DNA from: Macrostomum lignano
Taxonomy: Eukaryota
Assembly (NCBI GenBank): GCA_002269645.1
Contig: NIVC01002678.1
Location: 62,001 to 126,000, forward strand
Length of the DNA stretch: 64,000 bases
Reading direction: 5' to 3'
Shown here: positions 22,165 to 37,870 of the stretch, piece by piece
How the letters are laid out: each line of letters starts with the position of its first letter
How positions within the stretch are numbered: position 1 is the stretch's first letter
Position numbers and translations under genes: made by a program
The notes under the pieces: generated by a model
What the model was told of the DNA's origin: nothing
What the model saw: the letters and a program-made list of their open reading frames with translations, nothing else
Database searches by the model: none

Positions 22165-24750
22165 CGAGTGGAACTCCTCCTTCGGAGGAGAAAGGGGAAG
22201 AACTCCCATCACCGGAATTCTATTCCCTGAAATATCCATCAACTGAAATTCCATGTCTTTAACCCTATCTTCCAAATCGTCTCCAAATTCTTTACAAAAT
22301 CTTTCAAAGACCATAGCTCAAAGACTCTCAAGTCTCTCATATCTCCTCTCTCCTCTCTCTCATCTCATCTCTACCCCTGCTCCCTTATTTATCTCTTCTC
22401 CCTCGTCTTTCGTCTGTACCTTCTCCTGTCTTCTGTCTCCTCTCTTCACTCTTATCTCTCCCTCTTCTCTCCTCTCTCATATGTCATCTCTACTCACTTA
22501 TCTATCGTCTCTCTTAACCCTCTCTCTCTCTCTTCTCTTTTCTCTTCTCTCTGCTCTCATTTCTCATATTTCATATACGCTCTGACACTACTTTCTTGTC
22601 TCCCATCTTTCTTCCTCCTTTTCACTATCCCCTGTCTCTTCTCTTCTCTCTTTTCTATTCTCTCCATTCTCTCTTTTCTCCTTTCCTTGCTCCTTTCATC
22701 TCTCTCCTCTCTCCTCACTCTCTTCTCCTTTCGCTTCTCTCTCCTCTCTCTCCTCTCATCTTTACTACCTTATTTATATCTTCTCCCTAGTCTTTCGTCT
22801 GTACTCTCTCCTGTCTCCTCTCTCCCCTGCTCTCTCATCCCTCATCTCCTCATCTCACTCTTTCTTTCTCCTCTACTCTCCCCTCTCTTCTATTGCCTCT
22901 GTACGCTCTTATCCCTCATCTATTCTCTCTCCTATCATCTCCAATCTGTCATGTCTAATCTCTCCACTCAATTATACTCTGTTTTCTATCATCTCTTCTC
23001 TCTTCTCTTTTCAGTCTTCTCTTTACACTCTCTTCTCTGACTGATTGAAGATGCCAAATCCATCAAGATCCTCTCCGCGAAGCAAAAATCCTGTCTGTGC
23101 AACTAAAAACCATCGAAATCCTCTCAGTGAAACTGGACTCCTTCGAAATCCTCTCCTTGAAACTTAAATCCATCAAAATTGTTTCCATAAAACAGAAATC
23201 AATCATAAATTATCTCCGCGAAACAGAAAGCCTCTCCGTGAAGCTGAACATGATCGAAATCCTCTCCGCGAAACAGAAATCCTCTCCGTGAAACTGAAAA
23301 CCATCGAAATTATCTCTTTAAAACTGGACTCAATCGAAATTTTCTCCGTCAAAAAGAATAAAGTATTAGGATTCATTGGTTAGGGTTATTGTTAGGGTTA
23401 GGGTTAGGGTTAGAGCTACACACAGCTGCGTGTTTAAATAAAAAATTGAGCCAATTGAATCAATTGATTGCGCAACCGATTTCAAAGTCAGTCAGTATCA
23501 GTCTCGGGTAAAGTGAACAAAAAGATTGCGCAATTTAAATCAACCCTCCAGTACACAGAGACCGGCCCCTTTTCAATACGCAGTGGCAGTTAGAAATTGA
23601 ACCCGGGTGTTGGGGGCATTGAACTAAAAATGAGTACAATCTTTGCAGAAAGCTAAAAGTATGGAAATAGTTTTTGTATGCTGTGCTTTTAGTCTTTATA
23701 TTTAAAGCAAACAATTTATATCCTCGAACTCAGCGTTGCAAGATCTTTTCAGCAGTATAAGTCTCTTCTCTTAAAGTTTAGAACTCGAAGAGCAGTTAGC
23801 GTTTGAAAGTTCCCGTTTTAAAGCATTGAAATATCGAGTGTACGTTCACTGCCTGCCAAAGAGGCTCGCAAGTTTATTCATTCATTACACAGGCCGGCTA
23901 TTACACAGGGCAGCCTATTAAAAGGCACAGATAATGAAACAAATTGATGTCGCAACCGATTTCACAGTCAGTCAGTATCAGTCTCAGTTAAAGTTAACAA
24001 AAACATTGCGCAATATAAATCAACCCTCCAATCCACAGCAGTAGTGAGAAGTTGAACCCTCCCCCCAACTTTATCTATTTCGTCTCGCAAAACTGAGTAC
24101 AATATTTGCAAAAAGTTAAAGTATGGAAATAGTTTTTCAAATGCTGTGCTTTTTCTTTTCATATTTAAAGCAAACAACTTATATCCCCGAACTCAGCGTT
24201 GCAAGATCTTTCCAGCAATATAAGTTTTTCTTTTCAAAGTTTAAAACTCGAGGAACAGTTAGCGTTTGAAACTGTCTGATTTATAGCATTGAAGTATGGA
24301 GTGTACGTTCACTGCCTGCTTGCAAGTTGATGCATTGAATTTCAATGTCCAACAAATACACAGGGCTGCCCATTGAGAGGCAGGAAAACTTATCAGTAGC
24401 CATATCATTGCGCAATTATCTATACAGTCAGCCAGTGAGCCAGGGTCCAAGTGTACACACGCAGCCACTGAGAACGCTCCCACCCCCCACTGGAAAGAAA
24501 ATACACTACAGAGATAGGGAAAAGTTGTGGCGCAATCACTAAAAATTCGTGCATTTTTTCAACTCCAAGCAGAAAGAGGGGACAATTAAGATTATCAAAG
24601 GTCAAGATTCAAGTTTTCTGCTTTTTTGAGGATCTTAGAAATTAAAATTTCAGAATTAAAATAGCCTATAGCCGACCTCGGATAATTTCCAATCTTCCCA
24701 TATAAGTTTCAACGCTGAGTTGCCACTATTCAAGGAGGAGTTGTCGAAAT

Positions 24751-24782
<32 letters not shown>

Positions 24783-27700
24783 ACACGTCAACTTTAGTAT
24801 ATATAAGTGGAACTCCTCCTTCGGAGGAGAAAGGGGAAGAACTCCCATCACCGGAATTCCATTCCCTGAAATATCCATCAACTGAAATTCCATGTCTTGA
24901 ACCCTATCTTCCAAATCGTCTCCAAATTCTTTAGAAAACCTTTCAAAGACCATAGCTCAAAGACTCTCAAGTCTCTCATATCTCCTCTCTCCACTCTGTG
25001 CTATTATCGTGACTCTCTTCTCTCTCCTCTCTCTCATCTCATCTCTACCCGTACTCCCTTATTTATGTTTTCTCCCTCGTCTTTCGTCTGTACCCTCTCC
25101 TGTCTCTTGTCTCCTCTCTTCTCTCATATCTCTCCTCTTCACTTCTGTCTCCTGTCTTCTCTCTTCTCTCTTATCTCTCCCTCTTCTCTCCTCTTTTATA
25201 TGTCATCCCTATTCACTTATCTATCGTCTCTCTTAACCCTCTCTCTCTTCTCTTTTCTTTCCTCTCTGCTCTCATTTCTCATATCTCATATACGCTCTCA
25301 CACTCCACTTACTTGTCTCCAATCTTTCTTTCCTCCTTTCCACTTTTCCCTGTCTCTTCTCTTCTCTCTTTTCTATCCTCTCCATTCTCTCTTTTCTCCT
25401 CCCCTTGCTCCTTTTATCTTCTCCCCTCTCTTCTCTAATCTCTTCTCTCTTCTCTCTTATGTTCTCACTCATCTCTTATCATCGCATCTCTCATCTCTCC
25501 TCTCCTCACTACTTTCCTCTCTTAACTCTCTTATCTATTTCATCTCTCTCCTCTCTCCTCTTTCTCTTCTCCTCTCGCTTCTTCTCTCGCTTCTCTCTCC
25601 TATCTCTCCTCTCATCTCTACTACCGTATTTATATCTTCTAACTGGTCCTTCGTCTCTACTCTCTCCTTTCTCCTTTCTCCCCTCTTTTCTCCTTTCTTG
25701 TCTCTCCTGTCTCCCCTCCTCTCTCATCCCTCATCCCCTCATCTCACTCTTTCTTTCTCCTCTACTCTCCCCTCTCTTCTATTTTCTCTGTACGCTCTTA
25801 TCCCTAATCTATTTTCTCTCCTCTCTCCTCTTTTCTTCTCTCTCCCTCTTCGTTCCCGCCTAAATCCCCTCTTCTCTCCAATCTGTCATGTCTAATATCT
25901 CCACTTATTTCTACTCTGTTTTCTATCATCTCATCTCTCTTCTGCTTTCATTCTTCTCTTTACTCTTTTCTCTGACTGATTGAAGATGCCAAATCCATCA
26001 AGATCCTCTCCGCGAAGCAGAAATCCTGTCCGTGCAACTGAAAACCATCGAAATCCTCTCCGTGAAACTGGACTCCTTCGAAATCCTTTCCGTGAAACTG
26101 AAAACCATCGAAATTCTCTCTTTTAAACTGGACTCAATCGAAATTTTCTCCGTCAAAAAAATAAATATCAGGATTCATTGGTTAGGGTTATTGTTAGGGT
26201 TAGGGTTAGGGTTAAAGCTACACACAGCTGCGTGTTCAAATAAAAATTGAACCAATTGAATCAATTGATTGCGCAACCGATTTCTCAGTCAGTCAGTATC
26301 AGTCTCAGTTAAAGTTAACAAAAAGATTGCGCAAACTAAATCAACCCTCCAGTACACAGAGACCGACCCCTTTTCAATACGCAGTAGCAGTTAGAAATTG
26401 AACGCCGAACTGTTGGGGGCATTGAACCAAAAAATGAGTACAATCTTTGCATAAAGCTAAAAGTATGGAAATAGTTTTTTTGATGCTGCTCTTTTAGTCT
26501 TTATATTTATAGCAAACAATTTATATCCTCGAACTCAGCGTTGCAAGATCTTTTCAGCAGGATAAGTATCTTCTCTTAAAGTTTAGAACTCGAAGAGCAG
26601 TTAGCGTTTGAAAGTTCCCGTTTTAAGGCATTGAAATATCGCGTGTACGTTCACTGCCTGCCAAAGAGGCTCGCAAATTTATTCATTCATTAAACAGGCT
26701 GGCTATTACACAGGGCAGCCTATTGAAAGGCACAGATAATAAAACAAATTGATGGCGCAACCGATTTCACAGTCAGTCAGTATCAGTCTCAGTTAAAGTT
26801 AACAAAAACATTGCGCAATCTAAATCAACCCTCCAATCCACAGCAGTAGTGAGAAGTTGAACCCTCCCCCCAACTTTATCTATTACGTCTCGCAAAACTG
26901 AGTACAATTTTTGCAAAAAGTTAAAGTATGGAAATAGTTTTTCAAATGCTGTGCTTTTTCTTTTCATATTTAAAGCAAACAATTTATATCCCTGAAATCA
27001 GCTTTGCAAGTTCTTTCCAGCAATATTAATTTTTTCTCTCAAAGTTAAAAACTCGAGCAACAGTTTGCGTTTGAAAGTTTCTGATTTAAAGCATTGAAAT
27101 ATCAATTGTACGTTCACTGCCTGCTAAAGAGGCCCGCAAGTTTATGCATTGAATTTCAAGGTTCAACAAAACACAGGGCTGCCTATTGAAAATTAGAACA
27201 CAAATCTTTGCGCAATTGTCTATAAAGTCAGCCGGTGAGCCAGGGTCCGATTGTACACATGCAGCCATTTAGAACGCCCCATCCCCCCACTGGAGAGAAA
27301 ATACACTGCCAAGGTAGCAAAATTTTATGGCGCAATCACTTAAAATTCATGCAAATTTTCAGCTCCGAGCAGAAAGAGGGGACAATTAAGATTATCAAAG
27401 GTCAAGACCGCCGTTTTCTGCTTTTTTGAGGATCTTAGAAATTAAAATTTCAGAATTAAAATAGCCTATAGCCGACCTCGGATAATTTCCAATCTTCCCA
27501 TATAAGTTTCAACGCTGAGTTGCCACTATTCAAGGAGGAGTTGTCGAAATGACAGACACACAGACAGACAGACAAACAAACAACACGTGAACTTTAGTAT
27601 ATGTACGAGTGGAACTCCTCCTTCGGAGGAGAAAGGGGAAGAACTCCCATCACCGGAATTCCATTCCCTGAATTATCCATCAACTGAAATTCCATGTCTT

Positions 27701-30700
27701 GAACCCCATCTTCCAAATCGTCTCCAAATTCTTTACAAACCTTTCAAAGACCATAGCTCAAAGACTCTTACGTCTCTCATATCTACTCTCTCCTCTCTTC
27801 GCTATTATCGTGACTCGCTTCTCTCTCCTCTCTCTCATCTCATCTCTACCCCTACTCTCTTTTTTATCTCTACTCCCTTATTTATCTCTTCTCCCTCGTC
27901 TTTCGTCTGTACCCTCTCCTGTCTACTCTCCTATCTTCTCTATTATCTCTCCCCTTTTCTCTCCTCTCTCATATCTCATCTCTACTTACTTATCTATTGT
28001 CTCCGCTCTACTTTCTCTCTTCTCTCTGCTCTCATTTCTCGTATCTCTTATACGCTCTCACCCTCTCTCTTTCTTATCTACCATCTTTCTTCCCTTTCTA
28101 CTGCATCACCTGTCTCCTCTCCTCTCTTTTCTCTCCTCTCCATACTCTCTTCTCTCGTCTCATCTCCCCTCATCTCTTCTCTAATCTCGAATCTCTCCTC
28201 TCTCATATCTCTTCTCTACTCACTTATCTATTCTCTCTCCTCTGCTCCCCTTTTACACTTTCCTATATGCTCTCACTCCCATCCTCTCCTTTCTTATCTC
28301 CTGTTTTTTACACTCCTTTCTACCACCTGTCTCCTCTCGTTTCTCTCCTCTCTGCACTCTCATCTTTACCCTCTTCTTTCTCCTCACTACTTTCTTCTCT
28401 TAAATCTCTGATTTCTGATCTTTCATCTCTCTCCTCTCACCTCTCACCTCTCTCCTCTCTTTCCTCTCTTCTATTGCCTCTGTACGCTCTTATCCCTCCT
28501 TTCTTCTCTCTCCTGTCTCCTCTCTGCTATCTCATATCTCCTCTCTCATATCCTCTCCCTTCATCTCCTCTCTCCTCTTCTCTTCTCTCTCCTTCGTTCC
28601 CGCCTTACTCCCCTCTTCTCTCTCATCTGTCATGTCTAATCTCTCCACTCATTTCTACTCTGTTTTCTATCATCTCATCTCTCTTCTCTTTTCATTCTTC
28701 TCTTTACTCTCTTCTCTGACTGATTGAAGATGCCAAATCCATCAAGATCCTCTCCGCGAAGCAGAAATCCTGTCCGTGCAACTGAAAACCATCGAAATCC
28801 TCTCCGTGAAACTGGACTCCTTCGAAACCCTCTCCTTGAAACTTAAATCCATCAAAATGGTCTCCATAAAACATAAATCAATCATAATTTATCTCCGCGA
28901 AACAGAAATCCTCTCCGTGAAGCTGAACATCATCGAAATTCTCTCCGTGAAACTGAACATCATCGAAATCCTTTCCACGAAACTGAACACCATTGAAATC
29001 CTCTCCACGAAACTGAACACCATTGAAATCCTCTCCACGAAACTGAACACCATCGAAATCCTCTCCACGAAACTGAACACCATTGAAATCCTCTCCACGA
29101 AACTGAACACCATCGAATCCTCTCCACGAAACAGAAATCCTCTTCGTCAGAATTTAAACATTGAAATCGTCTCCGCTAAACTTGACTTAATCGAATTTTT
29201 TCCGTCAAACAACTCAACTCGCCAGATTCATTAGGGTTAGGGTTAGGGTTAGGGTTAGGGTTAGAACTACGCACAGCTTCGTGTTAAAAGGCACAGATAA
29301 AAATATTGAACTAATTGAATCAATTCATTGCGCAACCGATTTCACAGTCAGTCAGTATCAGCCTCAGGTAAAGTTAACAAAAACATTGCGCAATCTAAGT
29401 CAACCCTCTAATACACAGCAGCAGTGAGAAGTTCAACCCTCCCCCAACAATCTTTGCAGATTAAAGTACAATCTTTGCAGAAAGTTAAAAGTATGGAAAT
29501 AGTTTTTCAAATGCTGTGCTTTTTCTTTTCATATTTAAAGCAAACAACTTATATCCCCGAACTCAGCGTTGCAAGATCTTGCCAGCAATATAAGTATCTC
29601 CTCTCAAAGTTTAAAACTCGAGGAACAGTTGCCGTTTCTAATTTCCCAATTTCCCGACTGCTTGCCTGAGAGGCTCGCAATTTTGTACATTGAATTTCAC
29701 TGCCAAGCTAATACACAGGGCCGATAATAAAAAAGTGAACCAATTGAATCAATTGATTGCGCAATATATTTCTGTGTTAGTCAGTATAAGTCTCAGTTAA
29801 AGTTAACAAAAAGTTTGCGCAATCTAATCAACCCTCCAATACAAAGCAACTGACCCCCTTCCTATACACAGCGCCAGTTAGAAGTCGAAACCCCAACTTT
29901 ATCTCTCACCTCTCGCCAAAATGAGTACAATCTTTGCAGAAAGTTTAAAGTATGGAAATAGTTTTTGCAATGCAGAGCTTTTAGTTTTCATATTTAAAGC
30001 AAACAATTTATATCCCTGAAATCAGCTTTGCAAGTTCTTTCCAGCAATATAAATTTTTTCTCTCAAAGTTAAAAACTCGAGCAACAGTTTGCGTTTGAAA
30101 CTTTCTGATTTAAAGCATTGAAATATCGATTGTACGTTCACTGCCTGCTAAAGAGGCTCGCAAGTTTATGCATTGAATTTCAAGGTTCAACAAAATCACA
30201 GGGCTGCCTATTGAAAATTAGAACACAAATCTTTGCGCAATTGTCTATACAGTCAGCCAGTGAGCCAGGGTCCGATTGTACACAGGCAGCCATTTAGAAC
30301 GCCCCATCCCCCCACTGGAGAGAAAATACACTGCAGAGATAGGGAAAAGTTGTGGCGCAATCACTTGAAATTCATGCAAATTTTCAGCTCCAAGCAGAAA
30401 GAGGGGACAATTAAGATTATCAAAGGTCAAGACCGCCGTTTTCTGCTTTTTTGAGGATCTTAGAAATTAAAATTTCAGAATTAAAATAGCCTATAGCCGA
30501 CCTCGGATAATTTCCAATCTTCCCATATAAGTTTCAACGCTGAGTTGCCACTATTCAAGGAGGAGTTGTCGAAATGACAGACACACAGACAGACATACAG
30601 ACAAACAACACGTCAACTTTAGTATTAAGATTCTCTCAAAGTTAAAAACTCGAGCAACAGTTTGCGTTTGAAACTTTCTGATTTAAAGCATTGAAATATC

Positions 30701-31633
30701 GATTGTACGTTCACTGCCTGCTAAAGAGGCTCGCAAGTTTATGCATTGAATTTCAAGGTTCAACAAAATCACAGGGCTGCCTATTGAAAATTAGAACACA
30801 AATCTTTGCGCAATTGTCTATACAGTCAGCCAGTGAGCCAGGGTCCGATTGTACACAGGCAGCCATTTAGAACGCCCCATCCCCCACTGGAGAGAAAATA
30901 CACTGCAGAGATAGGGAAAAGTTGTGGCGCAATCACTTGAAATTCATGCAAATTTTCAGCTCCAAGCAGAAAGAGGGGACAATTAAGATTATCAAAGGTC
31001 AAGACCGCCGTTTTCTGCTTTTTTGAGGATCTTAGAAATTAAAATTTCAGAATTAAAATAGCCTATAGCCGACCTCGGATAATTTCCAATCTTCCCATAT
31101 AAGTTTCAACGCTGAGTTGCCACTATTCAAGGAGGAGTTGTCGAAATGACAGACACACAGACAGACATACAGACAAACAACACGTCAACTTTAGTATTAA
31201 GACGAGTGGAACTCCTCCTTCGGAGGAGAAAGGGGAAGAACTCCCATCACCGGAATTCCATTCCCTGAATTATCCATCAACTGAAATTCCATGTCTTGAA
31301 CCCCATCTTCCAAATCATCTCCAAATTCTTTACAAACCTTTCAAAGACCATAGCTCAAAGACTCTTACGTCTCTCATATCTACTCTCTCCTCTCTTCGCT
31401 ATTATCGTGACTCTCTTCTCTCTCCTCTCTCTCATCTCATCTCTACCCCTACTTCCTTATTTATCTCTTCTCCCTCGTCTTTCGTCTGTACCCCCTCCTG
31501 TCTCCTCTGTTCTCTGTTCTATCACATCTCTATTCTTCACTTCTGTCTCCTGTCTCCTCTCTTCTCTCTTATCTCTCCTTCTTCTCTTCTCTCTCATATG
31601 TCATCTCTACTCACTTATCTATCGTCTCTCTTA

Positions 31634-31710
<77 letters not shown>

Positions 31711-34462
31711 TCTCATTTCTTATATCTCATATACGGTCTCAGACTCTACTTTCTTGTCTCCCATCTTTCTTTCCTCCTTTCCACTACCCCCGTCTCTTCT
31801 CTTCTCTCTTTTCTAATCTCTAATCTCTTCTCTCTTATGTTCTCACTCATCTCTTCTCCTCGCATCTCTCATCTCTCCTCTCCTCACTACTTCCCTCTCT
31901 TAACTCTCTCATCTCTGATTTTTCATCTCTCTCCTCTCTCCTCTCGCTCTTTTCCTTTCGCTTCTCTCTCCTCCCTCTCCTCTCATCTCTACTACTTTAT
32001 TTATATCTTCTCCCTCGTCTTTCGTCTCTACTCTCGTCTGTCTCCTTTCTCCCCTTTTTTCTCCTCTTTTCTCTCTTCTCTCTCCGCTCCTCTCTCATCT
32101 CTCATCCCTCATCTCACTCTTTCTTTCTCCTATTATCTCTCTTGTCTCCCTTTGCTATCTCATATATCCACTCTTATCTCCTCTCTCCTCTTCGCTTTTC
32201 TGTCCTTCGTTCCCGCCTTAATCCCCTCTTCTCTCCAATCTGTCATGTCTAATCTCTCCACTCATTTCTACTCTGTTTTCTACCATCTCATATCTCTTCT
32301 CTTTTCATTCTTCTTTTTATTCTCTTCTCTGACTGATTGAAGATGCCAAATCAATCAAGATCCTCTCCGCGAAGCAGAAATCCTGTCCGTGCAACTGAAA
32401 ACCATCGAAATCCTCTCCGTGAAACTGAAGAGAATCGAAATCCTCTCCGCGAAACAGAAATCCTCTCCGTGAAACTGAAAACCATCGAAATTCTTTCTTT
32501 TAAACTGGACTCAATCGAAATTTTCTCCGTCAAAAAGAATAAATATCAGGATTCATTGGTTATTGTTAAGGGTTAGGGTTAGAGCTACACACAGCTGCGT
32601 GTTCAAATAAAAAATGAACCAATTGAATCAATTGATTGCGCAACCGATTTCACAGTCAGTCAGTATCAGTCTCAGTTAAAGTTAGCAAAAAAATTGCGCA
32701 ATCTAAATCAACCCTCCAGTACACAGAGACCGACCCCTTTTCAATACGCAGTGGCAGTTAGAAATTGAACCTCAAACTTTTGGGGGCATTGAACAAAAAA
32801 ATGAGTACAATCTTTGCATAAAGCTAAAAGTATGGAAATGGTTTTTTGAAACATTTTATATCCTCGAACTCAGCGTTGCAAGATCTTTTCAGCAGTATAA
32901 GTCTCTTCTCTTAAAGTTTAGAACTCGAAGAGCAGTTAGCGTTTGAAAGTTCCCGTTTTAAAGCATTGAAATGTCGCGTGTACGTTCACTGCCTGCCAAA
33001 GAGGCTCGCAAGTTTATTCATTTACTACACAGGCCGGCTATTACACAGGGCAGCCTATTGAAAGGCACAGATAATAAAACAAAATTGATGGCGCAACTGA
33101 TTTCACAGTATGTCAGTATCAGTCTCAGTTACAGTTAACAAAAAGATTGCGCAATCTAAATCAACCCTCCAATACACAGCGCCCGACCGCCTTCCACTAC
33201 GCAGTGGCAATTAGCAATTGAACCCCCCAAATTTATCTCTGACCTATCGCAAAAATAAGTACAATCTTTGCAGCAAGTTAAAAGTAAAAGTAATAAAATC
33301 GTTTTTTGAATGCTGTGCTTTTAATTTTTACAGTTAAAGCAAACAACTTATATCCCTGAACTCAGCGTTGCAAGATCTTTCCAGCAATATAAGTCTCTCC
33401 TCTCAAAGTTCAAAAATCGAGCAACAGTTAGCATTTGAAACTTTCTGATTTAAAGCATTGAAATATCGAGTGTACGTTCACTGCCTGCTAGAGAGGCTCG
33501 CAAATTGATGCATTGAATTTCACTGTCCGCCAGTTAGCTAGGGTCCAAGTGTACACACGCCGCCACTGAGAACGCTCCTATCCCCCCACTGGAGAGAAAA
33601 TACACTGCCAAGTTAGCAAAATTTTATGGCGCAATCACTTAAAATTCATGCAAATTTTCAGCTCCAAGCAGAAAGAGGGGACAATTAAGATTATCAAAGG
33701 TCAAGACCGCCGTTTTCTGCTTTTTTGAGGATCTTAGAAATTAAAATTTCAGAATTAAAATAGCCTATAGCCGACCTCGGATAATTTCCAATCTTCCCAT
33801 ATAAGTTTCAACGCTGAGTTGGCACTATTCAAGGAGGAGTTGTCGAAATGACAGACAGACATACAGACAGACATACAGACAGACATACAGACAGACAAAC
33901 AACGCGTCAACTTTAGTATATATAGAGATAGATAGATTTTCTTTTCAAAGTTTAAAACTCGAGGAACAGTTAGCGTTTGAAACTGTCTGATTTATAGCAT
34001 TGAAGTATGGAGTGTACGTTCACTGCCTGCTTGCAAGTTGATGCATTGAATTTCAATGTCCAACAAATACACAGGGCTGCCCATTGAGAGGCAGGAAAAC
34101 TTATCAGTAGCCATATCATTGCGCAATTATCTATACAGTCAGCCAGTGAGCCAGGGTCCAAGTGTACACACGCAGCCACTGAGAACGCTCCCACCCCCCC
34201 ACTGGAAAGAAAATACACTACAGAGATAGGGAAAAGTTGTGGCGCAATCACTAAAAATTCGTGCATTTTTTCAGCTCCAAGCAGAAAGAGGGGACAATTA
34301 AGATTATCAAAGGTCAAGATTCAAGTTTTCTGCTTTTTTAAGGATCTTAGAAATTAAAATTTCAGAATTAAAATAGCCTATAGCCGACCTCGGATAATTT
34401 CCAATCTTCCCATATAAGTTTCAACGCTGAGTTGCCACTATTCAAGGAGGAGTTGTCGAAAT

Positions 34463-34494
<32 letters not shown>

Positions 34495-34946
34495 ACGCGT
34501 CAACTTTAGTATATACGAGTGGAACTCCTCCTTCGGAGGAGAAAGGGGAAGAACTCCCATCACCGGAATTCCATTCCCTGAATTATCCATCAACTGAAAT
34601 TCCATGTCTTGAACCCCATCTTCCAAATCGTCTCCAAATTCTTTACAAACCTTTCAAAGACCATAGCTCAAAGACTCTTACGTCTCTCATATCTACTCTC
34701 TCCTCTCTTCGCTATTATCGTGACTCTCTTCTCTCTCCTCTCTCTCATCTCATCTCTACCCCTACTTCCTTATTTATCTCTTCTTCCTCGTCTTTCGTCT
34801 GTACCCCCTCCTGTCTCCTCTGTTCTCTGTTCTATCACATCTCTATTCTTCACTTCTGTCTCCTGTCTCCTCTCTTCTCTCTTATCTCTCCTTCTTCTCT
34901 TCTCTCTCATATGTCATCTCTACTCACTTATCTATCGTCTCTCTTA

Positions 34947-35016
<70 letters not shown>

Positions 35017-37838
35017 CTGCTCTCATTTCTTATATCTCATATACGGTCTCAGACTCTACTTTCTTGTCTCCCATCTTTCTTTCCTCCTTTCCACTACCCC
35101 CCGTCTCTTCTCTTCTCTCTTTTCTAATCTCTAATCTCTTCTCTCTTATGTTCTCACTCATCTCTTCTCCTCGCATCTCTCATCTCTCCTCTCCTCACTA
35201 CTTCCCTCTCTTAACTCTCTCATCTCTGATTTTTCATCTCTCTCCTCTCTCCTCTCGCTCTTTTCCTTTCGCTTCTCTCTCCTCCCTCTCCTCTCATCTC
35301 TACTACTTTATTTATATCTTCTCCCTCGTCTTTCGTCTCTACTCTCGTCTGTCTCCTTTCTCCCCTTTTTTCTCCTCTTTTCTCTCTTCTCTCTCCGCTC
35401 CTCTCTCATCTCTCATCCCTCATCTCACTCTTTCTTTCTCCTCTACTCTCCCCTCTCTTCTATTTCCTCTGTACGCTCTTATCCTTCATCTATTCTCTCT
35501 CCTATTATCTCTCTTGTCTCCCTTTGCTATCTCATATATCCACTCTTATCTCCTCTCTCCTCTTCGCTTTTCTGTCCTTCGTTCCCGCCTTAATCCCCTC
35601 TTCTCTCCCATCTGTCATGTCTAATCTCTCCACTCATTTCTACTCTGTTTTCTACCATCTCATATCTCTTCTCTTTTCATTCTTCTTTTTATTCTCTTCT
35701 CTGACTGATTGAAGATGCCAAATCAATCAAGATCCTCTCCGCGAAGCAGAAATCCTGTCCGTGCAACTGAAAACCATCGAAATCCTCTCCGTGAAACTGA
35801 AGAGAATCGAAATCCTCTCCGCGAAACAGAAATCCTCTCCGTGAAACTGAAAACCATCGAAATTCTTTCTTTTAAACTGGACTCAATCGAAATTTTCTCC
35901 GTCAAAAAGAATAAATATCAGGATTCATTGGTTATTGTTAAGGGTTAGGGTTAGGGTTAGAGCTACACACAGCTGCGTGTTCAAATAAAAAATGAACCAA
36001 TTGAATCAATTGATTGCGCAACCGATTTCACAGTCAGTCAGTATCAGTCTCAGTTAAAGTTAGCAAAAAAATTGCGCAATCTAAATCAACCCTCCAGTAC
36101 ACAGAGACCGACCCCTTTTCAATACGCAGTGGCAGTTAGAAATTGAACCTCAAACTTTTGGGGGCATTGAACAAAAAAATGAGTACAATCTTTGCATAAA
36201 GCTAAAAGTATGGAAATGGTTTTTTGAAACATTTTATATCCTCGAACTCAGCGTTGCAAGATCTTTTCAGCAGTATAAGTCTCTTCTCTTAAAGTTTAGA
36301 ACTCGAAGAGCAGTTAGCGTTTGAAAGTTCCCGTTTTAAAGCATTGAAATGTCGCGTGTACGTTCACTGCCTGCCAAAGAGGCTCGCAAGTTTATTCATT
36401 TACTACACAGGCCGGCTATTACACAGGGCAGCCTATTGAAAGGCACAGATAATAAAACAAAATTGATGGCGCAACTGATTTCACAGTATGTCAGTATCAG
36501 TCTCAGTTACAGTTAACAAAAAGATTGCGCAATCTAAATCAACCCTCCAATACACAGCGCCCGACCGCCTTCCACTACGCAGTGGCAATTAGCAATTGAA
36601 CCCCCCAAATTTATCTCTGACCTATCGCAAAAATAAGTACAATCTTTGCAGCAAGTTAAAAGTAAAAGTAATAAAATCGTTTTTTGAATGCTGTGCTTTT
36701 AATTTTTACAGTTAAAGCAAACAACTTATATCCCTGAACTCAGCGTTGCAAGATCTTTCCAGCAATATAAGTCTCTCCTCTCAAAGTTCAAAAATCGAGC
36801 AACAGTTAGCATTTGAAACTTTCTGATTTAAAGCATTGAAATATCGAGTGTACGTTCACTGCCTGCTAGAGAGGCTCGCAAATTGATGCATTGAATTTCA
36901 CTGTCCGCCAGTTAGCTAGGGTCCAAGTGTACACACGCCGCCACTGAGAACGCTCCTATCCCCCCACTGGAGAGAAAATACACTGCCAAGTTAGCAAAAT
37001 TTTATGGCGCAATCACTTAAAATTCATGCAAATTTTCAGCTCCAAGCAGAAAGAGGGGACAATTAAGATTATCAAAGGTCAAGACCGCCGTTTTCTGCTT
37101 TTTTGAGGATCTTAGAAATTAAAATTTCAGAATTAAAATAGCCTATAGCCGACCTCGGATAATTTCCAATCTTCCCATATAAGTTTCAACGCTGAGTTGG
37201 CACTATTCAAGGAGGAGTTGTCGAAATGACAGACAGACATACAGACAGACATACAGACAGACATACAGACAGACAAACAACGCGTCAACTTTAGTATATA
37301 TAGAGATAGATAGATTTTCTTTTCAAAGTTTAAAACTCGAGGAACAGTTAGCGTTTGAAACTGTCTGATTTATAGCATTGAAGTATGGAGTGTACGTTCA
37401 CTGCCTGCTTGCAAGTTGATGCATTGAATTTCAATGTCCAACAAATACACAGGGCTGCCCATTGAGAGGCAGGAAAACTTATCAGTAGCCATATCATTGC
37501 GCAATTATCTATACAGTCAGCCAGTGAGCCAGGGTCCAAGTGTACACACGCAGCCACTGAGAACGCTCCCACCCCCCCTGGAAAGAAAATACACTACAGA
37601 GATAGGGAAAAGTTGTGGCGCAATCACTAAAAATTCGTGCATTTTTTCAGCTCCAAGCAGAAAGAGGGGACAATTAAGATTATCAAAGGTCAAGATTCAA
37701 GTTTTCTGCTTTTTTAAGGATCTTAGAAATTAAAATTTCAGAATTAAAATAGCCTATAGCCGACCTCGGATAATTTCCAATCTTCCCATATAAGTTTCAA
37801 CGCTGAGTTGCCACTATTCAAGGAGGAGTTGTCGAAAT

Positions 37839-37870
<32 letters not shown>

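Noticed and set aside
23378-29260. Chromosome end or telomere fusion
   Set aside because: Only 2-5 TTAGGG copies, at a fixed internal position of a repeated element and all in one orientation.
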